From NCBI GenBank assembly GCA_004284765.1, contig NQJD01000014.1, positions 1 to 32,000 of the forward strand: 32,000 nucleotides of DNA. The letters are read 5' to 3'. Shown piece by piece: positions 14,959 through 22,353 of the stretch. This DNA is from Candidatus Electronema aureum. GTDB taxonomy: Bacteria; Desulfobacterota; Desulfobulbia; Desulfobulbales; Desulfobulbaceae. The position numbers and the translations under genes were made by a program. Position 1 is the first letter of the stretch; every line of letters starts with the position of its first letter. The notes beneath the pieces are model-generated. The model was not told the origin of the DNA. It saw only the letters and a list, made by a program, of their open reading frames with translations, and made no database searches.

Positions 14959-15981
14959 TCAGTTTAATTCAAAGCGCACTGGTACCTTGACCCACATTTC
15001 TTTTCTCTTGCCACCAACAATGCCTGGGGTAAACCGCCAGCTGCGTACAGCATTGAGGGCAGCCTTGTCCAAAATGCCGTGACCGCTACTGGAAAAGGGG
15101 CGGAGATCAGCCACACGACCGCTGACATCAATCAGAGCTTCAATGGTGACCACGCCTTGCAGGCCGCGTCGCCGCGCTTGCGGCGGGTACTCTGGCGGTG
15201 GATTGCTGGCGTAGAGCGGCGCAGCCTCCTGATCGCCTGAACCAGCACCTGTGCCGGATAAACCGCCGGTGCGATTACGCTGTCCCACCTCGCTGCCTAA
15301 GCCACTGTCTGCATCACCAATGCCTGTTTTGGCCCCAGTCACGACTGAATGGCTTGCCCCCTTTCTCGAAGGAAAATCTCTACGTTGTACATCGTTACCT
15401 TGTGGAGAAGCAGGATGCGCAGCGTCCGAACCAGCCGCATTTCCTTTTTCCAAACCTACTTCTTTCAGAGAATTTACTTGAGGTTCAGGCGGCAGAGTCG
15501 CCAATGGCTTGAGAGAAGCCGAAGCAATTTTGGGTGGAGGAGACAGTCGCCGGATGATTTTTCCTTGCGCAGGCGGCAGAATCGCCAATGGTTTGGGAAC
15601 AGTCGAAGCAATTTTGGGCGGACGAGGCCGTTGCCGGGTAATTTTTCCTTCAGCGGGCGCGGGCGGCTGCATATCCAATGAATTGACCACACTCTTTACT
15701 TCAACTTGCTTCTTCTGAGCCGCCGGTTCGGCTGTTTTGACAGCATTACCGCTACCATTTTTCTGTTTTCCAGGGAGACGTACAGGCATGTTGATCAAAT
15801 TCATCATGACAACATTGTTCAACTTGGGTCTGCTGTTCGCCATATTTTGAAGAGCAATTGCTCCACCAAAAACAGCGAGATGCAAAATGACGGCTATGTT
15901 CAGAGGCCATTGCCATCTCAGGCGACCGTTTTCGCGTTGCTCCAGAAATGCCTGCCACTCGTCGTAATCTGTCCCGTTCAT
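14959..15981 (-). CDS. TonB family energy transducer
   Basis: The C-terminal domain PPPEYPPQARRRGLQGVVTIEALIDVSGRVADLRPFSSSGHGILDKAALNAVRSWRFTPG is present, with a Pro/Lys-rich spacer and an N-terminal TM segment. The start is taken at the ATG at 15981 (GAGGAG 7 nt upstream). The track start at 16053 is a GTG. Confidence 0.8.
   Translation of the reverse strand: MNGTDYDEWQAFLEQRENGRLRWQWPLNIAVILHLAVFGGAIALQNMANSRPKLNNVVMMNLINMPVRLPGKQKNGSGNAVKTAEPAAQKKQVEVKSVVNSLDMQPPAPAEGKITRQRPRPPKIASTVPKPLAILPPAQGKIIRRLSPPPKIASASLKPLATLPPEPQVNSLKEVGLEKGNAAGSDAAHPASPQGNDVQRRDFPSRKGASHSVVTGAKTGIGDADSGLGSEVGQRNRTGGLSGTGAGSGDQEAAPLYASNPPPEYPPQARRRGLQGVVTIEALIDVSGRVADLRPFSSSGHGILDKAALNAVRSWRFTPGIVGGKRKEMWVKVPVRFELN
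15486..15653 (-). repeat. 2 x 84-bp tandem repeat inside the TonB Pro-rich spacer
   Basis: CAGGCGGCAGA(G/A)TCGCCAATGG(C/T)TTG... recurs at 15486 and 15570. It encodes PPAxGKIxRxxxxPPKIASxxxKPLAxL twice. Confidence 0.8.
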
Positions 15982-16212
15982 TTTTCGCTCCTCTAAAAAC
16001 GGATTTACGGCAGCAAAAACTGGAGATTGCAAAAAGAACGGAATATCTGTCACGGACGGCTTCGGCTTGGCCTCTTATGGGAAAGCATTTCCGGCGGAAA
16101 GACACAGAGTATCAGTGTTGGTCAGGAAGACATTGCCGTTTTCGAGAAGCATAGAAAATTTAACCGCATCCATCTGTTTGGAGATTTATATTAACCACTA
16201 CAACAATTGCAT

Positions 16213-16325
16213 TAGACCTCTTGCATAAGCCGCAACTTGAGCAGGGGCGAAAATTTTTTCGCCCCTACATCGCACACATGCTTGGTGCAACCGCTGTGTG
16301 TAGGGACAGTTATGCAAGAGGTCTA
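16213..16325. mobile_element. 113-bp MITE-like element with 16-bp perfect terminal inverted repeats and nested internal hairpins
   Basis: The terminal repeats are TAGACCTCTTGCATAA (16213-16228) and TTATGCAAGAGGTCTA (16310-16325). Inside is AGGGGCGAAAA/TTTTCGCCCCT (16243-16266), which shares the GTAGGGGCGAA core of the REP family. A second pairing, CCCTACA(16263-16269)...TGTAGGG(16299-16305), is also present. The element is intergenic. Confidence 0.55.
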
Positions 16326-16349
16326 TTGTTATTTCATTGATCACTATTA

Positions 16350-16387
16350 CAAAACAAAAGCCTCCCAGAGGTACTGAGAGGCTTTTT
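16350..16387 (-). terminator. Intrinsic terminator of the mglB-mglA-acidic protein operon
   Basis: Minus-strand reading: GCCTCTCAG-TACCT-CTGGGAGGC (16382->16360), a 9-bp stem including one G-U pair, followed by TTTTGTTTTG. It starts about 10 nt after the stop codon. Confidence 0.75.
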
Positions 16388-16391
16388 ACTC

Positions 16392-19300
16392 TTAGTTTCT
16401 TCCTTCCATTATCTCTTGTCTCAGCCGATCAAATTCTTCCATCATCTCTAGCTTAAGCTGAGAAAATTTTTCCTGAATCAAACGCAGGCCGACATCCTCA
16501 GGACTGCTTTCTTTCGGCAGAGCTACTTTCTGTTGTTCTTTACTGAGAAGTATTTGCTCAAAGAAATCTCGCTGCCAAGCTGTATAACGGCTGATCATGT
16601 CGGCAAGCACAGCTGGTGTTTCCGCCTTGTTGAGTGCCGCAGCCAGCTCTTTGACAATTGCACTGCTGACCACCGTTCCCTGCGGGGTTTTAGCAAGCAT
16701 AACTACTGAGGAATCTATCAGATTAAGCACAATGGACTGGTGCGGCGGCAGAGAGTTTTCTTTTTGAGCCGCAACGGCCAGTTCAGATATTTGCCGCAAA
16801 TGATGCGCTGAAGGCACAGCCGTAAGGGCTACAGCAACAGCAGTGAGAGATGAAATTACCTCAGCTGCGCTTTCACTGCTGTTTTCAGCCGTGATTAGCT
16901 CTTCTTCATCAACATCATCAGGCTCAATTTCCTTTGTCGTCGATTCATCAGCATTGAATCTAAAAGGATCCTGCATCTCATCTTGACCGAACAAAGCCGC
17001 TGGTTCGCTCTCTGTTTCATATTCCTCACCAAGAAGGAGATCATCAGAATCCTCACCCGGTAGTATGGCAGAAACATCGACCTCCTTCCAAGTATCTTTC
17101 TCTACGTTGCTGTCAGCTTCAAAGGTAAAGAAAGCGTCGTCCTCAGTCTCATTCTCAGCGAGAATAGAGTTTTCTCCTACTGCCTCATCCAAACCAAACA
17201 ACCCGTCATCGTCAGTAGTAGATGTGGCTTCTTCATCAGGTGCAGTCTCATCACCCTCAGCAGCGAAGCGGAAGAAATCCTGATCGTCGTCGCTTTCCTC
17301 ATCATCAGGGGGTAAGGTGACAGGCTCCTCATCTTCAGAAAACTCTTCCTCTTCTTTAGAAGTCTCGCCTTTCATGTCAAAGGCAAAGAACGCATCGTCA
17401 TCCTCTTGGGCCGCATCCGTATCCTGACTATCAGCAGTAAGGGAATTTTCGTCCTGAGCTAAACCAAACAGCGCGTCATCATCGGTATTAGCTGAATTTT
17501 CTTCCGTAGATGCAGTTTCTTTACCCTCAGCAGCTAAACGGAAAAAATCCTGATCGTCGCTTTCCTCATCATCAAAGGACAAGGTTGCAGGCTCTTCATC
17601 TTTGGAAAGCTCCGCTCCTTCTTCTTTATCAGGCCCGCTGCTGCTGTCAAAGGCAAAGAACGCATCGTCATCGTCGGTATCAGCTACAGCCTCTTCTTCG
17701 ATGACTGCAAATTCGGAGGTGGAAAACATTTCCTCCTCTTTCTGCGCAGGTTCTTCGTCCAAGGCAGTTATGAATTCATCATCCAGCTCTGGCGTATCTG
17801 TATCTTCATCTGCTTGACGAACCTCTACTGCCGTTTCTTTTACCGCTGGTTCATCATCAAATTTGAAAAGAGAATCAAGTTTGTTCTTAATTTCAGCTGC
17901 TCGTTCTACATCAATGCCTGCTGCTGATGCAAACCCTTTGTCATCATCGTCATTGAGGTCAGAAACGGCAGCTATAGTCGCAGACTCAGTTTTTAGACCT
18001 TCTTTGACTTCATCGTCAAAGCTGTTGAAAAAAGAATCTAATCCGTCATCGCCCGGCGCATCTCTATCCGTTGACAAGGAAACTTCTTCCTCATCAGCAA
18101 AGGCTGCCTCAACTGATGACTCTTCATCAGCTATCTCATCCTGCTCGCCGAATATGTCATTATCAAATCTCAGCTCGGCAACATCATCCTCTTCATTTAC
18201 CGATGAAGCACTTTCCTCGTTTTCATCAACAAGTGCAGGCGCAATGAGAGTATCTTTTTCGTCCTGCAAGCCAAACATATTGTCGTCAAAACTTAGACTA
18301 TCCTCATTTTCTTCAACCGCTACTGCTGCTGTCTTCGGAGCATCCCCATCATCAAAGCTGAAGAAGGAGTCAAACCCGGAACCGAGTCCGTGTTCTTCCA
18401 CTTCATCTACCGCAAAATTCGTAGCTGAAGCATCTTTCGCTTCATCTTCTTCAGTCAAAGCAGCAGTCACAAGCGGCCTATCTGTTTCTTCCTTCTGCTC
18501 GTTGAACATATCATCGTCAACATTCAGTGTGTCGCCATGTTGTTCTTTAACTGCTATTGATGATATTGCTTTCTTGGGAGTATCAGTACGTTCTATTTCG
18601 TCGTCAAAATTAAAAAATGAATCTAACTCGTCATCCGCTTCATCCTCATCATCAAGACTATCCCCAACTGTTGAAAGGCGTTGCTCTTCATCAGAATCAG
18701 TCAAGATCGCAGTAACCAAAGTCTTGGCCGAGGGTTTTGCCGCTTTGCTGTCAAAATCGCCGCCTAGCTCATCGTCAAAGCTCAGAGTGTCGTCATCATC
18801 TCCGGTTGACAGCTTGGTCGAAGCAACACCTTCCAGTTCGTCATCAAAATTGAAAAACGAGGAATCAAGCGTATCATCCTCATCGTCATCATCAGGTATC
18901 TCGTCTAAAATTTTCGCCAAAGACTGTTTTTGTGGCTTTTGTGGTTCAGTAGGCGAGACACTGGCAGTGACTTTTGGCTTCGGTGCTTCTGCCTTCGGCT
19001 TTTCTTCTTCGTTGTCGCCAAAATTAAAGAATGAATCTAACTTTTCATCAAGTTCAGCAGCCCGTTCTCCGCCAAGACCTGTAGAAGCAAAGCTGTCGCT
19101 GAAACCGCCTTCCTCATCTTCATCGGCAAGCGCGGGCGTAACACCACCGCTGTCCGAGAACAGATCGTCGTCAAATTCGTCCTCATCATCCGCAGCGATC
19201 GTTGCTGGTTTGGCAGTTACAACAGTCGCTACTTTTGACGGAACTGGTTTTTCAGGCAGAACAGCGGCAGGTGGCGCATTGCTCTTCTGCGGTTTTGTCT

Positions 19301-20423
19301 CAGCTTCATCGTCATCAAAGGCGAAATCAAAATCCATTCCGTCATCATCGGCAAGAGCAGGTGAACCACCGAACTCTTCATCAGGCGCACCAAAATCATC
19401 TGCCAGCACATCTTCTTTCTCATCAGCAGCGGTATCCGGCTCCTCTTCAAGCTGCTCAGGAATATCCTCTTCTGCTTCTTCAGCAGTTTTGCTGGCCCCT
19501 GAACGAGCGATAACCTCTTTCAAAGAGTTCAGACTGCTGATTTGCTCCACCAGTATCTGCCGCCGTTGCTCTGCGCCCAGCTCTGGGCTTTCCAAGAGCA
19601 TTTTCAGGGCATCATAAAAAGAGTGGAGAATGGTGAAAGAATCAGGATGAGCGTTGGTCTTCTGTTCCCGAATGTAGGCACCGAGAGCCTGTAGCCCTTG
19701 AATCAGTACCTGCCCCTCAGTGTTGCCGCTCAGGTGGCTGCGTAGCTGCGTAGCTTCGGTGTTAAATTTTTCTAACCCCTCATCGGTAACTTCCCATTCC
19801 AGCCCTAAAATGGTGGCTTCCATGCTGCGTAACGGCGGCGGCATAGCAACTGCGGCCTCCTTCTGTTTTTGCAGGGCGGCTGGAGTAGTGGCAGTACCTT
19901 CTTCAATCTCTTCTGGCGCAGCTTCAGCAGTATCGTGGCTGCCTTGCGTCTTCTTCAGGGTGCTGATTTGAAACTGTAATACCTTGAACTTACGGATGTC
20001 CGCCTTGAGCATGGCGGTAATGCTGTCGCCGCTGATGTTGGGCGAGGAGATTATTTTTTCATAGTTGTGATAAAGAGTGAGGAGCAGCTTGATGGCGTTG
20101 GGATGCGCATAAGCACCTTCAGCCTGCATATATCTCCCCACATTTTCCATGCCTTGAAGATATATCTGCGCCACTTTGTCGTCCTTCCACATCGAACGCA
20201 GATTGGCCAACTCATCATTCAGCTCAGTCAGAATTTCTTCGGTAATGTCCCAGTCCAAAGAAAGAACGATCGATTTGAGACGAAGCAAGGGAGAATCCTC
20301 ATCATCCGTGAATTCAAATAGATCTACTTCTTCGGTGTCGAAGGATTCGTCCGCAAACTGAGTGAGGTCTTCAAATTCGTCGATTGAGGGGGCCATAATC
20401 TTGTTTGGACTTATCAGAGGCAC
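16392..20423 (-). CDS. 1343-aa hyper-acidic protein: duplicated N-terminal ~110-aa domain, ~875-aa D/E-rich disordered region with repeated FF-type motifs, helical C-terminal domain
   Basis: This is one uninterrupted ORF with a GTG start at 20423 and an alternative ATG at 20396. It lies 26 nt downstream of mglA on the same strand. No signal peptide is evident, and I recognise no family. Confidence 0.75.
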   Translation of the reverse strand: MPLISPNKIMAPSIDEFEDLTQFADESFDTEEVDLFEFTDDEDSPLLRLKSIVLSLDWDITEEILTELNDELANLRSMWKDDKVAQIYLQGMENVGRYMQAEGAYAHPNAIKLLLTLYHNYEKIISSPNISGDSITAMLKADIRKFKVLQFQISTLKKTQGSHDTAEAAPEEIEEGTATTPAALQKQKEAAVAMPPPLRSMEATILGLEWEVTDEGLEKFNTEATQLRSHLSGNTEGQVLIQGLQALGAYIREQKTNAHPDSFTILHSFYDALKMLLESPELGAEQRRQILVEQISSLNSLKEVIARSGASKTAEEAEEDIPEQLEEEPDTAADEKEDVLADDFGAPDEEFGGSPALADDDGMDFDFAFDDDEAETKPQKSNAPPAAVLPEKPVPSKVATVVTAKPATIAADDEDEFDDDLFSDSGGVTPALADEDEEGGFSDSFASTGLGGERAAELDEKLDSFFNFGDNEEEKPKAEAPKPKVTASVSPTEPQKPQKQSLAKILDEIPDDDDEDDTLDSSFFNFDDELEGVASTKLSTGDDDDTLSFDDELGGDFDSKAAKPSAKTLVTAILTDSDEEQRLSTVGDSLDDEDEADDELDSFFNFDDEIERTDTPKKAISSIAVKEQHGDTLNVDDDMFNEQKEETDRPLVTAALTEEDEAKDASATNFAVDEVEEHGLGSGFDSFFSFDDGDAPKTAAVAVEENEDSLSFDDNMFGLQDEKDTLIAPALVDENEESASSVNEEDDVAELRFDNDIFGEQDEIADEESSVEAAFADEEEVSLSTDRDAPGDDGLDSFFNSFDDEVKEGLKTESATIAAVSDLNDDDDKGFASAAGIDVERAAEIKNKLDSLFKFDDEPAVKETAVEVRQADEDTDTPELDDEFITALDEEPAQKEEEMFSTSEFAVIEEEAVADTDDDDAFFAFDSSSGPDKEEGAELSKDEEPATLSFDDEESDDQDFFRLAAEGKETASTEENSANTDDDALFGLAQDENSLTADSQDTDAAQEDDDAFFAFDMKGETSKEEEEFSEDEEPVTLPPDDEESDDDQDFFRFAAEGDETAPDEEATSTTDDDGLFGLDEAVGENSILAENETEDDAFFTFEADSNVEKDTWKEVDVSAILPGEDSDDLLLGEEYETESEPAALFGQDEMQDPFRFNADESTTKEIEPDDVDEEELITAENSSESAAEVISSLTAVAVALTAVPSAHHLRQISELAVAAQKENSLPPHQSIVLNLIDSSVVMLAKTPQGTVVSSAIVKELAAALNKAETPAVLADMISRYTAWQRDFFEQILLSKEQQKVALPKESSPEDVGLRLIQEKFSQLKLEMMEEFDRLRQEIMEGRN
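17154..17693 (-). repeat. 2 x 270-bp in-frame tandem duplication within the acidic ORF (residues 911-1000 / 1001-1090)
   Basis: The 25-mer gtcaaaggcaaagaacgcatcgtca occurs at 17376 and 17646. The protein segments ...DDDAFFAFD...EEP.TL..DDEESDD(D)QDFFR.AAEG.ET...DDD.LFGL... align along their whole length. Confidence 0.85.
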
Positions 20424-20449
20424 TGCATCAGCTGTCCATGCCGTTCCGT

Positions 20450-21055
20450 TTACAGAAGTTTTTTCTGCACCGATACTACGGTAAGAGAGATGATTTTTTT
20501 GAGAGTTTCCGGCACATTGTATCCAGTGAGCGCACTGGCCTCAAAATACGGTACTTTCAATTTGCTGTTCAGGTCTTGCTCCAGTACCGAAGTAGGCAGG
20601 ATAGGAATACCTTGATCGCGCAGATCGACCTTGTTGTATTGCATGACCAAAGGAATTTTGAAAATCGATTCCTTGTATTCTTTCAGGTTCTCGTGCAGCT
20701 GATTGAGCGAGCGGATATTTTTTTCTCGCATCGCCTCTTGGGCATCAGCAACAAAAACAAGACCGTCCACACCTTTTAGTACCAACTTACGAGTGGCGTT
20801 GTACTTAACTTGACCAGGTACAGTATACAGCTGGATTTTCAGCTCATAGCCTTTTATTTTGCCCATATCAAAAGGCAAAAAGTCAAAAAACAATGTCCGA
20901 TCGCCGTGGGTCTTCAGGCTGACCATCTCCGACTGAATCTGCTTGCTGAATTTCCGGTTGATGTATTCCAGATTGGAAGTTTTTCCTCCTCTTCCCGGCC
21001 CATAATAGACAACTTTTACTTGGACAATCTTTTCACGTAGATTTATGAAGCTCAA
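20450..21055 (-). CDS. mglA: Ras-like small GTPase MglA
   Basis: 201 aa, with a TTG start preceded by GGGAGA. The sequence is collinear with Myxococcus MglA as I remember it: MSFIN..REI..KIVYYGPG..GKT.NL.YI...; DRTLFFDFLP; LYTVPGQV.Y.A.RKL.LKGVDG.VFVAD.Q; IP.V.QYNK.DL. Confidence 0.9.
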   Translation of the reverse strand: MSFINLREKIVQVKVVYYGPGRGGKTSNLEYINRKFSKQIQSEMVSLKTHGDRTLFFDFLPFDMGKIKGYELKIQLYTVPGQVKYNATRKLVLKGVDGLVFVADAQEAMREKNIRSLNQLHENLKEYKESIFKIPLVMQYNKVDLRDQGIPILPTSVLEQDLNSKLKVPYFEASALTGYNVPETLKKIISLTVVSVQKKLL

Positions 21056-21110
21056 GGCAGTCTCCCGCTGGATGAATTAATGCTGTTGGTGAAGGTGTGA
21101 GAAAAAATCT

Positions 21111-21509
21111 CTATTTGCCCGCCCAGAGTCTCCGTATTTGCTCCAGGGCCTTCACAACGTTCAGCCTGAGAAAACCTAAGGAAATATGCTTTCCGAACAT
21201 AGTGATCAGAAGCAACTCGTCGTCAATTTTGGAGAAATGGATATTGCAGTCCGTGCCTTTGTGAAAAAGTAGGGAAAATTCCTGTTCACCTACTAATTTG
21301 GCCATTGCATCAACCGTGGCAAAGTTACCGGCTGCCAGAGCGGCAAAGGAATAGACATCGTACTTAGACGTGCCGTTGTCCTTTGCCGTGATGATGTTTC
21401 CTGCCATATCAATGATGATGACACAGTCCACACCGATTTTGATGAGCTGTTCAGACAGTATTTCATCAATTTTTTCAAGCTGTTCTTGGCTGACTACACC
21501 GTAGTTCAT
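21111..21509 (-). CDS. mglB: Roadblock/LC7 domain protein MglB (MglA GAP)
   Basis: 132 aa, with GAGGG 7 nt upstream. It resembles Myxococcus MglB: ...IIDMAGNIITA..., FAALAAGNFATVDAMAKLVGEQEF...FHKG, LGFLRLNVVKA. It lies immediately upstream of mglA, as in the classical mglBA operon. Confidence 0.85.
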   Translation of the reverse strand: MNYGVVSQEQLEKIDEILSEQLIKIGVDCVIIIDMAGNIITAKDNGTSKYDVYSFAALAAGNFATVDAMAKLVGEQEFSLLFHKGTDCNIHFSKIDDELLLITMFGKHISLGFLRLNVVKALEQIRRLWAGK

Positions 21510-21690
21510 CTGGTACCCTCATTCGCTTTACTTTGGTTGTCCGGCAGGTCTGGGGCCGACCGGTCTATCTCCATTTTTTGACTATACGCCAGATAATCAT
21601 ATATATGGAAGCTATTTTTGATCGACTTGCCAATTTTTCTTTTTTTGCGGCGTTCTGGCCGGAAAGCTGACAGGTGAAACATATACAAGG

Positions 21691-21719
21691 ATTGTCAACT
21701 CTACCTGTTATTTTGTCAA
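21691..21719 (-). promoter_or_regulatory. Candidate sigma70-type promoter for the mglB operon (TTGACA-17-GACAAT)
   Basis: Read on the minus strand: -35 TTGACA (21719-21714), a 17-nt spacer, -10 GACAAT (21696-21691). It would give a leader of about 180 nt. This is a pattern match only. Confidence 0.25.
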
Positions 21720-21792
21720 GGGCTGCGCTGAAGTCAATAGGTATTTCTACGCAACTGGACGGCACGCACGTACCGCCCAAACCTGCATTCGC

Positions 21793-22353
21793 CTACTGAG
21801 CTACGTTTTTTTGAGACATCGTGCGGATTCTGGATATCGTACCCAGATAAATTTTTTCCGAAACATCGTTAAGAATATGCTCAATCGCCTCATCCTCTGA
21901 GCTGGCCTGTTGGGCTACGGTGTTGTAGTCTTCAGTCCAGACTTGGTTTGGTTCCTCCCAGAGAATTTTGCCGCTCTTCATATCCTTCAGCACATAACGC
22001 AGAATCAGCTCAACCTTGACATCCGTGGTGCGGGCTGCGCCGCTCCAGCCGATGCTGGGCAGATGGATCGAAGTTATTTCGCCAGCCAGAATCATATCCG
22101 CACCTTCTTTCTCTTTAGTCAGGCTAATTTTGTCTGATTTCAAGAACCACGACGACAGTGAATTATACATCGTGCTGTCAATACCGAGTTTATCCGTGCG
22201 GTTGCTCCAAGTTGGCATATAGATTGATACCTCTGGCCCGTCATAGACAGAAGGAAAATAATAGCCGCCGCAGCCGCCGAGCAGGAGGGAGAGGCAGAGG
22301 ACAAACAGCAGCTTTGCGTAGGTTCTGTTCACAGTTGGCTCCTTCGGATTCAT
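21793..22353 (-). CDS. lptE: LPS-assembly lipoprotein LptE-like
   Basis: 186 aa. It has a signal peptide with the lipobox LLLGGC. The ATGA overlaps the leuS stop, and leuS-lptE synteny is conserved. Confidence 0.55.
   Translation of the reverse strand: MNPKEPTVNRTYAKLLFVLCLSLLLGGCGGYYFPSVYDGPEVSIYMPTWSNRTDKLGIDSTMYNSLSSWFLKSDKISLTKEKEGADMILAGEITSIHLPSIGWSGAARTTDVKVELILRYVLKDMKSGKILWEEPNQVWTEDYNTVAQQASSEDEAIEHILNDVSEKIYLGTISRIRTMSQKNVAQ

Noticed and set aside
17863-19617. A 584-aa Ser-rich ORF on the plus strand, antisense to the acidic protein gene.
   Set aside because: It is the mirror image of GAN/GAA-rich codons: antisense NTC/TTC codons give S, F and L and rarely produce stops. The product is pure low complexity, the ORF has no SD, and it lies entirely inside a better-supported gene.
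16100-22350. The impression that the mglBA and acidic-protein region, lptE and the 13.5-14.9 kb gene are lower in GC than leuS, thrS and pheS, which would suggest horizontal transfer of the mglBA module.
   Set aside because: I cannot compute windowed GC or codon statistics here. dnaB and lptE, which are core genes, look similarly moderate in GC, so the heterogeneity may be normal for this genome. I keep the compositional argument only for the 280-990 and 13.5-14.9 kb segments.
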